Shown piece after piece: positions 56,072 through 64,000 of a DNA stretch of 64,000 bases. Position numbers and translations under genes: made by a program. The notes beneath the pieces are model-generated. The model was not told where the DNA came from. It saw only the letters and a list, made by a program, of their open reading frames with translations, and ran no database searches. How positions within the stretch are numbered: position 1 is the stretch's first letter; each line of letters starts with the position of its first letter. The stretch comes from Bacilli bacterium (lineage in GTDB: Bacteria; Bacillota_I; Bacilli_A; RF39; UBA660), in NCBI GenBank assembly GCA_050948885.1, contig JBMNER010000002.1, positions 107,344 through 171,343 of the forward strand. Direction: 5' to 3'.

Positions 56072-59000
56072 ATGGGAAAAACAAGAGTAATAAATGGTAA
56101 TGAAGCATGTAGTTTAGGCGCTTATCCTTTTACCGAAGTAGCTAGTATTTATCCTATTACACCATCATCAGCAATGGCTGAAATGATGGATGAACTAAGC
56201 AGTAAGGGGCAAAAGAACATTTTTAATGATGTTGTTAAAGTAGTGGAAATGCAGTCAGAGGCCGGGGCCGCTGGGTTAATGCATGGCTCGTTACAAATGG
56301 GTTGTTTGACTACTACTTTTACTTCTAGTCAGGGTTTATTATTAATGATTCCTAATATATATAAGATGGCTGGAGAGTTGTTGCCTGGTGTTATCCATGT
56401 CGCAGCGCGCTCATTATCAACTCATGCGTTAAGCATTTTTGGCGATCATCAAGATATATATGCGACCCGGATGAGTGGTATTGCCATTTTAGCTTCTTCT
56501 AGTGTTGAAGAAGCTTATCACTTGGCGGTGGTTGCCCATTTAGCGTCCATGAAGGGTCGCCTTCCTTTTCTTCATTTTTTTGATGGTTTTCGCACCAGCC
56601 ATGAACTACAAAAAGTAACCTTACTACCAGAAGAAAAGATTAAGGGTCTGGTTGATATGACGGATATTAATCGTTTTCGCAAGAGAAGTTTAGCTTCCCA
56701 AAATAATGTTTCGCGAGGCGTAGCCCAAAATGAGGATGCTTATTTTCAAAATATGGAAGCGAGGAATAAGTATTATCTAGAATTGCCCGCTACCGTTAAT
56801 TTTTATATGCAACAGTTAAACAAATTAACTAATAAAAACTATGCTCCTTTTGTTTATTATGGGGTTTTTAATGCTGAGAAAGTAATTATAGCTATGGGGA
56901 GCGTCACTGAAACCATTAAAGAAACCGTTGATTATTTAAATAAAGAAGGATATCAAGTCGGCGTTATAATAGTTCATTTATATCGTCCCTTTAGTAAAGA
57001 CTATTTCTTGTCAGTTTTGCCAAAGTCAGTTAAAAAGATAGCTGTTTTAGATCGGACTAAAGAACCGGGTAGTATCGGTGAACCCTTATATTTAGATGTA
57101 GTAGGGGTTTTTCAAGAATTACCAGAGCGCCCGGTTATTATTGGTGGGCGTTATGGTTTATCTAGCAAGGATACTAATTTAGATGATATTAAAGCCGTTT
57201 TTGATTTCTTAGACCAAGATAATTACTGGCATGGTTTTACGGTTGGTATTAGTGATGATGTTACGCGCCTAAGTTTACCAATTGTACCTAGTAATTATAT
57301 CAATCATAATGTTTATGAGATATTTATTTATGGTTATGGTTCTGATGGCATGGTTAGTACCTCTGAAGATATACTCAAAATAGTGGGGGATAATACTAAT
57401 CATTATGTCCAAGGTTATTTTCAATATGATTCGCGTAAAAGTGGTGGTGTTACCAGAAGTCATCTTCGCTTTTCTAAGGAGCCAATTAGATTAGCTTATG
57501 GCATTACTACTCCACACATGGTGGTTTGTACCAAGGATTCATACTTAGATAAATATGATATGTTATCTGGAATTAGAGAACAGGGTATTTTTCTATTAAA
57601 TACGATGAGTGATGAAGAAGCTATTAAGTCAAAATTATCCCCCAAAATAAAGAAGGTATTAGGGACTAAAAAAATAAAATTCTATGTTATTAACGCTAAT
57701 GAATTAGCGCGCAAATTAGGTTTGGGTAATAAAATAAGTACCATTTTAGAAAGTGTTATTTTTCGGATAACTAATATTATGGATAATGAAAAAGTCCGTC
57801 TTATCATGGTTAATAACATTAAGCAGCGTTTCCGTTTAAAAGGAGAAGATATCATTCGCGCTAATGAGGAAGCGATCATGGCCGCTGATCAATATATAAA
57901 AGAAATAAAAGTTGATGATAACTGGTCTCTCATTACTACTAACGAAGAAGAATTAGACTCTAATTTTATTATGGTAATAGAGCAAATGGAGGGTAATAAG
58001 TTACCTACCTCAGCCTTTATTGATTCGGCCGATGGCTCTTTTACGGGCGGTACCACTAAAAATGAAAAAAGAGCGATTAGTGATTTTGTCCCTGAATTTA
58101 TTAAAGATAATTGTATTGAATGTAATCAATGCTCTTTTGTTTGTCCTCACGCTGTTATTAGACCCTTTCTTCTTAATGAGGAAGAATTAGCTAAGGCCCC
58201 TAAATATATCAAAGAGAATGCTAAAGAATTCCTTGATTCTAACTTTAAACAACTAAGGTTTATTGTTATGCCGTCTATTTTTAATTGTACTGGTTGCGGG
58301 GTTTGTGTTAATACTTGTCCGGGAAGGGGAAAAACCAAGGCTTTAATGATGAAACCGTTTTCCGAACAAAAAGCCCAAGGGGTCCAAGAAGCTTTTGATT
58401 ATTTAGTAGATCAGGTTACCTATAAAAATATTATAAATACCAATACGGTCAAAGGTAGTCAGTTTTTACCACCTTATTTTCAATTTAATGGGGCTTGTGG
58501 TGGTTGTGGACAACCTGCTTATATTAAATTAATAACGCAGTTATATGGTGATAAATGTATTATAGTCAACGCGACTGGTTGCTCATCAATCTATGGTGCT
58601 AGTCTGCCTAATCTTTCTTATACTATTCCTTGGGCCAGCTCCTTATTTGAGGATAACGCTGAATATGGCTATGGAATGATTGTGGCTCATCATTTAATTA
58701 GAGAACGAATTAAAAAGGTGATGTTAGAAAGTATTAATGTGGTTGATTTAGAAACTAAAGATCTCTATGAAGAGTGGTTAGCTCATCCGCGTGATTATAA
58801 TATTACTAATAAAGTATATCATCAACTAAAAGATGAACGGATTCCTAAAGAATTAATAAAACTAAAAACTTATATACCGGCTCGTGCCATTTGGATTATT
58901 GGTGGCGATGGTTGGGCCTATGACATTGGCTTTGGTGGCTTGGATCATGTTTTATCAACCAATGATAATATTAATGTTTTAGTTTTAGATTCGCAAATAT

Positions 59001-59524
59001 ACTCTAATACCGGTGGTCAAACATCAAAAGCAACGGCCAAAGGGGCTATTTCCAAGTTTGCCGGGACGGGTAAAACTACCGCTAAAAAAGATTTAGCGCG
59101 TATGATGTTAAGCTATCCACACGTTTATGTCGCCACTGTTTCTATTGGTTATAATATGCAACAATATATTAAGGCGGTTCAAGAAGCAGAAAATTACCAA
59201 GGGCCAGCTATTATTATTGCGTATACTCCTTGCATAGGTCATGGGATTAAAGGCGGTTTAACAAATAGTATTAAACAAGAAAAATTAGCGACCGCGTGTG
59301 GTTATTTTCCTATTTTTAGATTTAATCCAACAACTCAAAAACTTTATCTAGATTCACCACAACCTAATTTTGACTTATATGAAGAGTTTTTAAATAATGA
59401 AACTAGATACTCAATGTTAAAGGTGGTTAATCCTGATAAGGCTCATCAATTATTACAAGCTAATAAAGAGGAAGCTATCCGTCGCTTTAATTATTACCAA
59501 AGAAGAAGTACCGAGGAAATCTAA
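56072..59524 (+). CDS. nifJ: Pyruvate:ferredoxin (flavodoxin) oxidoreductase, single-chain PFOR (NifJ type)
   Basis: About 1150 aa. Two 4Fe-4S ferredoxin motifs (CIECNQCSFVCPH, CTGCGVCVNTCPG), TPP-binding GDGW region, typical PFOR N-terminus (INGNEA ... AYPITPSS). Confidence 0.95.
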   Translation: MGKTRVINGNEACSLGAYPFTEVASIYPITPSSAMAEMMDELSSKGQKNIFNDVVKVVEMQSEAGAAGLMHGSLQMGCLTTTFTSSQGLLLMIPNIYKMAGELLPGVIHVAARSLSTHALSIFGDHQDIYATRMSGIAILASSSVEEAYHLAVVAHLASMKGRLPFLHFFDGFRTSHELQKVTLLPEEKIKGLVDMTDINRFRKRSLASQNNVSRGVAQNEDAYFQNMEARNKYYLELPATVNFYMQQLNKLTNKNYAPFVYYGVFNAEKVIIAMGSVTETIKETVDYLNKEGYQVGVIIVHLYRPFSKDYFLSVLPKSVKKIAVLDRTKEPGSIGEPLYLDVVGVFQELPERPVIIGGRYGLSSKDTNLDDIKAVFDFLDQDNYWHGFTVGISDDVTRLSLPIVPSNYINHNVYEIFIYGYGSDGMVSTSEDILKIVGDNTNHYVQGYFQYDSRKSGGVTRSHLRFSKEPIRLAYGITTPHMVVCTKDSYLDKYDMLSGIREQGIFLLNTMSDEEAIKSKLSPKIKKVLGTKKIKFYVINANELARKLGLGNKISTILESVIFRITNIMDNEKVRLIMVNNIKQRFRLKGEDIIRANEEAIMAADQYIKEIKVDDNWSLITTNEEELDSNFIMVIEQMEGNKLPTSAFIDSADGSFTGGTTKNEKRAISDFVPEFIKDNCIECNQCSFVCPHAVIRPFLLNEEELAKAPKYIKENAKEFLDSNFKQLRFIVMPSIFNCTGCGVCVNTCPGRGKTKALMMKPFSEQKAQGVQEAFDYLVDQVTYKNIINTNTVKGSQFLPPYFQFNGACGGCGQPAYIKLITQLYGDKCIIVNATGCSSIYGASLPNLSYTIPWASSLFEDNAEYGYGMIVAHHLIRERIKKVMLESINVVDLETKDLYEEWLAHPRDYNITNKVYHQLKDERIPKELIKLKTYIPARAIWIIGGDGWAYDIGFGGLDHVLSTNDNINVLVLDSQIYSNTGGQTSKATAKGAISKFAGTGKTTAKKDLARMMLSYPHVYVATVSIGYNMQQYIKAVQEAENYQGPAIIIAYTPCIGHGIKGGLTNSIKQEKLATACGYFPIFRFNPTTQKLYLDSPQPNFDLYEEFLNNETRYSMLKVVNPDKAHQLLQANKEEAIRRFNYYQRRSTEEI

Positions 59525-59546
59525 TCTTTAATAAATAAGTAACTTA

Positions 59547-59579
59547 AAAAGGGTTCAACAATTAGAACCCTTTTATTTT
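59547..59579. terminator. Bidirectional rho-independent terminator between PFOR and the convergent small membrane protein genes
   Basis: aaaagggttc aacaatta gaaccctttt atttt. Confidence 0.7.
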
Positions 59580-59587
59580 GAATATTG

Positions 59588-59950
59588 TTAAGTCGCCTTT
59601 TTTCGATTAAGCAGATAAAGAGTACTGCCAACGATAATAACATTACCCAAGGCACTAAAAACCATTCTTTTTGAATAAATATTATTCTTTTCCGATATTA
59701 GGTATTGCCTATATTGCCGGTTACAATATTCACGATTAAGTTTATCTTTGGTATCATCAGTATTATCCTTTTCTCTTTCTAGATTAAAACAATATCTAAG
59801 TTCATATTCTTCGGCACTAAGAAGTGGCTTTTTTAAAACTAAATTAACCAAATTACTATATAATAGAAAGCTAGCTCCTAAAAACCATATTAATAATAAT
59901 AAATTAGCTAAGCGGTGGATTAAATCCTTTTTTCGATCAAATAAATTCAT
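59588..59950 (-). CDS. Small 2-TM membrane protein with a Cys-pair-containing extracytoplasmic loop (paralog 1, 120 aa)
   Basis: MNLFDRKKDLIHRLANLLLLIWFLGASFLLY ... C ... C ... VIIVGSTLYLLNRKK. Paralogous to the adjacent gene. Confidence 0.5.
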   Translation of the reverse strand: MNLFDRKKDLIHRLANLLLLIWFLGASFLLYSNLVNLVLKKPLLSAEEYELRYCFNLEREKDNTDDTKDKLNREYCNRQYRQYLISEKNNIYSKRMVFSALGNVIIVGSTLYLLNRKKAT

Positions 59951-59954
59951 TATC

Positions 59955-60284
59955 TTATACCTCTTTTCTCTTGTTTAACAAATACAAAGTCGTTGATATT
60001 ATTATGGTAATACCCGCGGTGGTAAAGAGCATTTGTTGGTAAAAATAATTATCTGGGTGCTGATATAACTTATATTGATCATAGGCTCTATGACAGTCAT
60101 TATTTTTATCTTCCTCATAATAACAATTGATATCCGCATATTCTTCAAAAGTCATTATCGGCTCGGTTATTATTAAATTAACCACACTAACATAAAAGAG
60201 TGATAAAGAAATTACTAACCACAATACCAAAATTAAATTAGCTATCTTAAAAATAAGGTCTTTTTCTTTTTTAAATAAATTCAT
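59955..60284 (-). CDS. Small 2-TM membrane protein with a Cys-pair-containing extracytoplasmic loop (paralog 2, 109 aa)
   Basis: MNLFKKEKDLIFKIANLILVLWLVISLSLFY ... C ... C ... ITIIISTTLYLLNKRK. Same architecture as paralog 1. Confidence 0.5.
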   Translation of the reverse strand: MNLFKKEKDLIFKIANLILVLWLVISLSLFYVSVVNLIITEPIMTFEEYADINCYYEEDKNNDCHRAYDQYKLYQHPDNYFYQQMLFTTAGITIIISTTLYLLNKRKEV

Positions 60285-60335
60285 ATCCTTTCCTCCTATT
60301 TTAATTATATAATATTAGTTTAGAAAATAATATTT

Positions 60336-61133
60336 TTATAAATTAAAGTTTTTCTTTTTGTAATTTAAAAAGGCCACGGTAGTTGATATGATACAAATAA
60401 TAACCATAATTAAAATGTGTTTAAATTTTAAATAACCAATACTAATAAAATCATCACTTAGTAAATAATGGATTGGTGATATGTAAGCTAAATTGGCTAC
60501 TTTATCAGCTATTTTTGACATGATACCTAAGATAAAAGTAACCATGGTAATACCCGCCATAATAGTGGGGGCACTTTTTGGTTTTGGTATTAAAACGGCC
60601 AACATAAATCCGATTAGAGTAAATGTTATTTGAATAAGTAATTGGCCCATGAAAATATTAAATAACAATAAATAATCGATATTTTGATTACTAAAAATAG
60701 TCATACCAAGAGCCGAAATAATAAATAATGTTATATTAAAGAAAATAAGTAAGATGCCCGCCACAATCATTTTGGTTAATAAAATATTAGTTCTTGATAT
60801 TGGTTTAGCATACAAAAATTGAATGGTTTTATCGCTCTCTTCTTTGCCGATTAAACTAGCCCCTAAAATACCGGCAAAAATGGTACTGGCTAATAATATA
60901 AACTGAAATTCATAAAAGAAATAATCTAAGATATTTTGGAAAGATAAATTAGTTAAATTAAGGGCCTTTATCATCTCCGGCGGAAATTGTTCCATCATTT
61001 CATCCATCATATCCATTTTTTCTACTGCTATCGGATGAAGAGTAATAATCATTATAATTAATAATGCTAGAACCAGAATCCAGATCATAACGCTTTTTAA
61101 ATGCTCTTTCATATCTTTAAAAAGTAAATTCAT
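60336..61133 (-). CDS. ABC-2 family transporter permease (exporter type, 6 TM)
   Basis: 265 aa polytopic protein directly downstream of, and overlapping, the ABC ATPase gene. Confidence 0.7.
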   Translation of the reverse strand: MNLLFKDMKEHLKSVMIWILVLALLIIMIITLHPIAVEKMDMMDEMMEQFPPEMIKALNLTNLSFQNILDYFFYEFQFILLASTIFAGILGASLIGKEESDKTIQFLYAKPISRTNILLTKMIVAGILLIFFNITLFIISALGMTIFSNQNIDYLLLFNIFMGQLLIQITFTLIGFMLAVLIPKPKSAPTIMAGITMVTFILGIMSKIADKVANLAYISPIHYLLSDDFISIGYLKFKHILIMVIICIISTTVAFLNYKKKNFNL

Positions 61134-61134
61134 T

Positions 61135-62031
61135 TTATTTACCTCCTTTATAGAAATCCATAAATATATCCTCTAAATCTGGTGTTTCAATTGAAAGATC
61201 AATAATATCATAACCAGCTAATTCCTTTAAAAGTTGGCGCGGTGTGTTTCGATAAATAAAACTGATGGTATGGCCACGGATAATAACATTTTCTAAATCT
61301 TTTACCTTTAAATTTTTCTTTAAATCATTTATGTCATTAGTAGTAATTTTTACTAATTTCATATTCTTTTTGATAATACTATTGATAAGCCCCGTTTTAA
61401 TGATTTTACCATCTTTAATAAAAGCCACCCGATTACAGTGATTTTGTACCTCTTTTAAAACATGGGAAGACATAAATATAGTAGTCCCATCTTTTCTAAT
61501 TTCTTCTAACACGTTAAATAAATTAGCTTGCATTAAGGGATCTAAACCGTTGCTTGGTTCATCTAATATTAATAATTGTGGCTTATGTAATAGACTTTGT
61601 ATAATAGCGACTTTTTTCTTATTGCCAGATGATAATTCCCCCATTTTTTTATCAAGCGGAATGGCAAACATTTTAATATATTTTTTAATTAATTTTACTT
61701 CTAAACCATTATAAAAAGAATTAGAATAATTTAAAAGCTCTTTAACTGTCATGTTTTCATAATAAAAAACTTCCGCGGGTACAAAACCAATATATTTTTT
61801 TAATTCAACACTGTCCTTTATACAATCTAATCCAAGGATTGTCATGTCTCCTTCCGTTGGGAAAAGAAAATTTAACAAGCAATTAATAGTGGTTGATTTC
61901 CCCGCCCCATTCGGACCGACAAAACCAAAGAAATCCCCTTGTTTAACCTCTAAATTAATTTTATCAACGGCAGTAACCTTACCAAAGGTTTTTGTAAGAT
62001 TAGAAATTTTAATAACGGAATCATGGTTCAT
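61135..62031 (-). CDS. ABC transporter ATP-binding protein (ABC-2 / bacitracin-lantibiotic-type exporter ATPase)
   Basis: 298 aa. Walker A GPNGAGKST, signature LSSGNKKK, Walker B LLILDEPSNGLD. Confidence 0.9.
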   Translation of the reverse strand: MNHDSVIKISNLTKTFGKVTAVDKINLEVKQGDFFGFVGPNGAGKSTTINCLLNFLFPTEGDMTILGLDCIKDSVELKKYIGFVPAEVFYYENMTVKELLNYSNSFYNGLEVKLIKKYIKMFAIPLDKKMGELSSGNKKKVAIIQSLLHKPQLLILDEPSNGLDPLMQANLFNVLEEIRKDGTTIFMSSHVLKEVQNHCNRVAFIKDGKIIKTGLINSIIKKNMKLVKITTNDINDLKKNLKVKDLENVIIRGHTISFIYRNTPRQLLKELAGYDIIDLSIETPDLEDIFMDFYKGGK

Positions 62032-62100
62032 TTTTACACCTCTAAATAATATTAATCATTACTATCTAAAATTATAACATAATTAGTTTTATTAACACAA

Positions 62101-62130
62101 AAAAAGGTTATGCCCCCCTGAGACATAACC
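62101..62130 (-). terminator. Rho-independent terminator on the minus strand, after the regulator-like gene and inside the leader of the ABC-2 operon
   Basis: Minus-strand reading: ggttatg tctcagggggg cataacc ttttt. Confidence 0.6.
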
Positions 62131-62244
62131 ATAAGAATAAAAAGGGGTCGGCTAGTGTGATACTAGCTACCAATTCGCCTAATTGGGAATTGGTGTTGCT
62201 TATAATAGCCGATATTATATTATTTGTCAAGAGTTTTAATTAAA

Positions 62245-63189
62245 TTAATTGAAGGGGAGATATTTAATTATGATGGTTTCTTTTTCTTCATTTCTTTCTA
62301 AAGTTGTTCTAACATTAGCGATAAGATTAGAAATTACTAAATAATCGTTATATAATTGTTTGTCTGCTAAATCAAAACACTCTAAAATATATTCAGCATA
62401 TTCTAACTGGATGCTAAGATCATAATGTGTTAATGCATTAAATTCAATTATGAGGGGTTGTAGACTAATTGTTATCGTTTCATCAGACGCTATCTCTGGA
62501 ACAGTTTTATTTAATTGATAACCAATGTTAAAATCTTTCTCGGCGGGTAACCGGCAAGCTGGTAAGTCAAGTTTTGAATTACGATAAAAGCCATATTCAA
62601 CTATACTTTCATATATTACTTGGTAGATAACCTTCTGACACTCAGCTATTGTAACACCAAACATATTTAAATTATTAACTAGTTCTTCGTAATTGATTGC
62701 TCGGTAAATGGTTTGATTAAAACTTTCCAAAGTCAACTTTAATTTTAACAAATAATAGTCAAAAGCTTTATCCTTACAATCCCGATTTATAATAAAATCG
62801 AAGTGTTGTTCCATTAACTTATAGCATAAAGATTTTAGGGCTATTAAACGAGGGTCGGCTATTTGATATTCTAGATGATTATGAAGTTGAATATATTTTT
62901 CAATTAAATCAACATCTAACATAGCGGGTTGGTTTTCTAATTCATTATGTAATAAAGTTAATGCTTGGGTATGAATAAAAGAATCTCTAACCCCAAAATC
63001 ATGCTGATTAAAAAGTTGGGTAATCTGTAATACTAATGCCTTAAAATCCTCGTCTTTGTATGTTGGTTTGTATTTTAAATCAATTTTATCCCGTCTTTTT
63101 TGCTTTATTTTTTCTGTTAGAATAAATTCCGCCAGTTCTTTAATAAGTAATATATCTTGCCGGTTTCTTTTGATGTGTTCATAATCCAT
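62245..63189 (-). CDS. Hypothetical 314 aa cytoplasmic protein, possibly a regulator of the downstream ABC-2 locus (no clear HTH seen)
   Basis: Long ORF with its own terminator, upstream of and co-oriented with the ABC-2 unit. Helical repeat-like composition. No family recognised. Confidence 0.45.
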   Translation of the reverse strand: MDYEHIKRNRQDILLIKELAEFILTEKIKQKRRDKIDLKYKPTYKDEDFKALVLQITQLFNQHDFGVRDSFIHTQALTLLHNELENQPAMLDVDLIEKYIQLHNHLEYQIADPRLIALKSLCYKLMEQHFDFIINRDCKDKAFDYYLLKLKLTLESFNQTIYRAINYEELVNNLNMFGVTIAECQKVIYQVIYESIVEYGFYRNSKLDLPACRLPAEKDFNIGYQLNKTVPEIASDETITISLQPLIIEFNALTHYDLSIQLEYAEYILECFDLADKQLYNDYLVISNLIANVRTTLERNEEKETIIIKYLPFN

Positions 63190-63336
63190 AAAAACCTCCT
63201 ATTAAGCAATCTTTTTATATGGTAACGAAATAAATTAGTAATGTCAAATAATAAAAATAAATACCATTGTTTGTCGATATCTGCCTAATATTTTATTATA
63301 TATATGTTATAATTAAACTTAGGTAGAAGGTGGTTT

Positions 63337-64000
63337 AATGAGCAACTTAAAAGAAGTTAGGGGTATTGGAATTAAAGGGCTTTCATTATTAAAGAAATTA
63401 ACGATTAATAATATAGAAGATTTACTTGCTCATTATCCTTTCCGCTATGTTTTTTTAACGAAAACGAATCTTCAAAAAGCGACTAATGATGAGATTGTTG
63501 TGACGGATGGTACTGTTGAAACCATCCCGACTATTAACCGTTTTAAAGGGAAAATGTCTCGAATGGTATTTAGATTAAATACTAATGATTTAGTTGTTAA
63601 CGTTGTTATTTTTAACCGGGCTTTTATGAAAAGCCATTTACGAATTGGTAAAGCAGTAACTGTTATCGGCAAATATCAGCCATTAAAAAATACCATTATC
63701 GCTTCTGAGATTAGATTAACCAAATTAGAAGATGCATTAACGATTGAACCAGTGTACCATACCACAAAGGGTCTAAGTAATAAAGTGTTATTTAACTATA
63801 TTAATAAAGCCTTAGACAACCATCTTGATGAATTAGTGGAATATATTCCACTTGATATCAAAAATAAATATAATTTTTTAAGTAAAAAGGAAGCGGTAAA
63901 AAATATTCATCAACCGTCTGATGTTGAAGTCTTAAAAAAGGCTAAGATTTTCTTAAAATATGAAGAATTATTTTTATTTATGTTAAAAATAAATTATTTA
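63337..64000 (+). CDS. recG: ATP-dependent DNA helicase RecG, N-terminal (wedge) region; gene continues past the window end
   Basis: ATG at 63337 after RBS GAAGGTGG. The frame is open to the window end. N-terminus MSNLKEVRGIGIKGLSLLKKL ... HYPFRY is typical of RecG. Confidence 0.75.

Noticed and set aside
62270-62344. 24-aa plus-strand ORF with RBS-like aaggggag at the regulator/ABC junction
   Set aside because: It is antisense to the 3' end of the minus-strand 314 aa ORF. It is too short and unconserved to call.

Overview
This 64 kb window is from an AT-rich (about 30% GC) Firmicutes-type chromosome, possibly Erysipelotrichia- or Mollicutes-related. TGA is used as a stop codon, so the standard genetic code applies. 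Most of the window is a syntenic housekeeping backbone: pgk-tpiA, a CaCA-type cation antiporter, secG, rnr, smpB and tmRNA (ssrA), pyrG, cdaA-cdaR, ctpA, one complete 16S-23S-5S rRNA operon with no tRNA genes, tsaE-tsaB-tsaD, an SsuABC-like ABC importer, pcrA-ligA, a degenerate-GGDEF membrane protein, a YihY membrane protein, ltaS, an LCP-family protein, helD, a split Alg14/Alg13 glycosyltransferase, yqeG, a histone-deacetylase-family protein, pyruvate:ferredoxin oxidoreductase, and the 5' part of recG. Five places interrupt the backbone. (1) An IS element at 8.1-9.3 kb has a DDE transposase, 26-bp TGTA-terminated inverted repeats and unusually long 24-bp flanking direct repeats; beside it (9.6 kb) is an isolated GC-rich structured element. 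(2) A modular type IV pilin-like protein carries a C-terminal LamG lectin-like domain and starts 13 nt after tsaD. (3) At 49.4-53.2 kb a tandemly duplicated two-hairpin element (about 90 bp) shows four compensatory base-pair substitutions between the copies. It lies directly upstream of a cohesin/dockerin gene pair: a secreted SH3b + GH73-like glycan hydrolase with a type-I dockerin, followed by a membrane-anchored cohesin protein. (4) At 59.6-63.2 kb, on the minus strand, a unit comprises an unknown regulator-like protein, a terminator-containing leader, an ABC-2 exporter and two tandem paralogous small 2-TM proteins with conserved Cys pairs. (5) A truncated ClpA-like AAA+ protein has only the D1 domain. 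No CRISPR array was seen and no tRNA gene other than the tRNA-like end of tmRNA. All calls rest on reading the supplied sequence and ORF translations, and no database search was possible.
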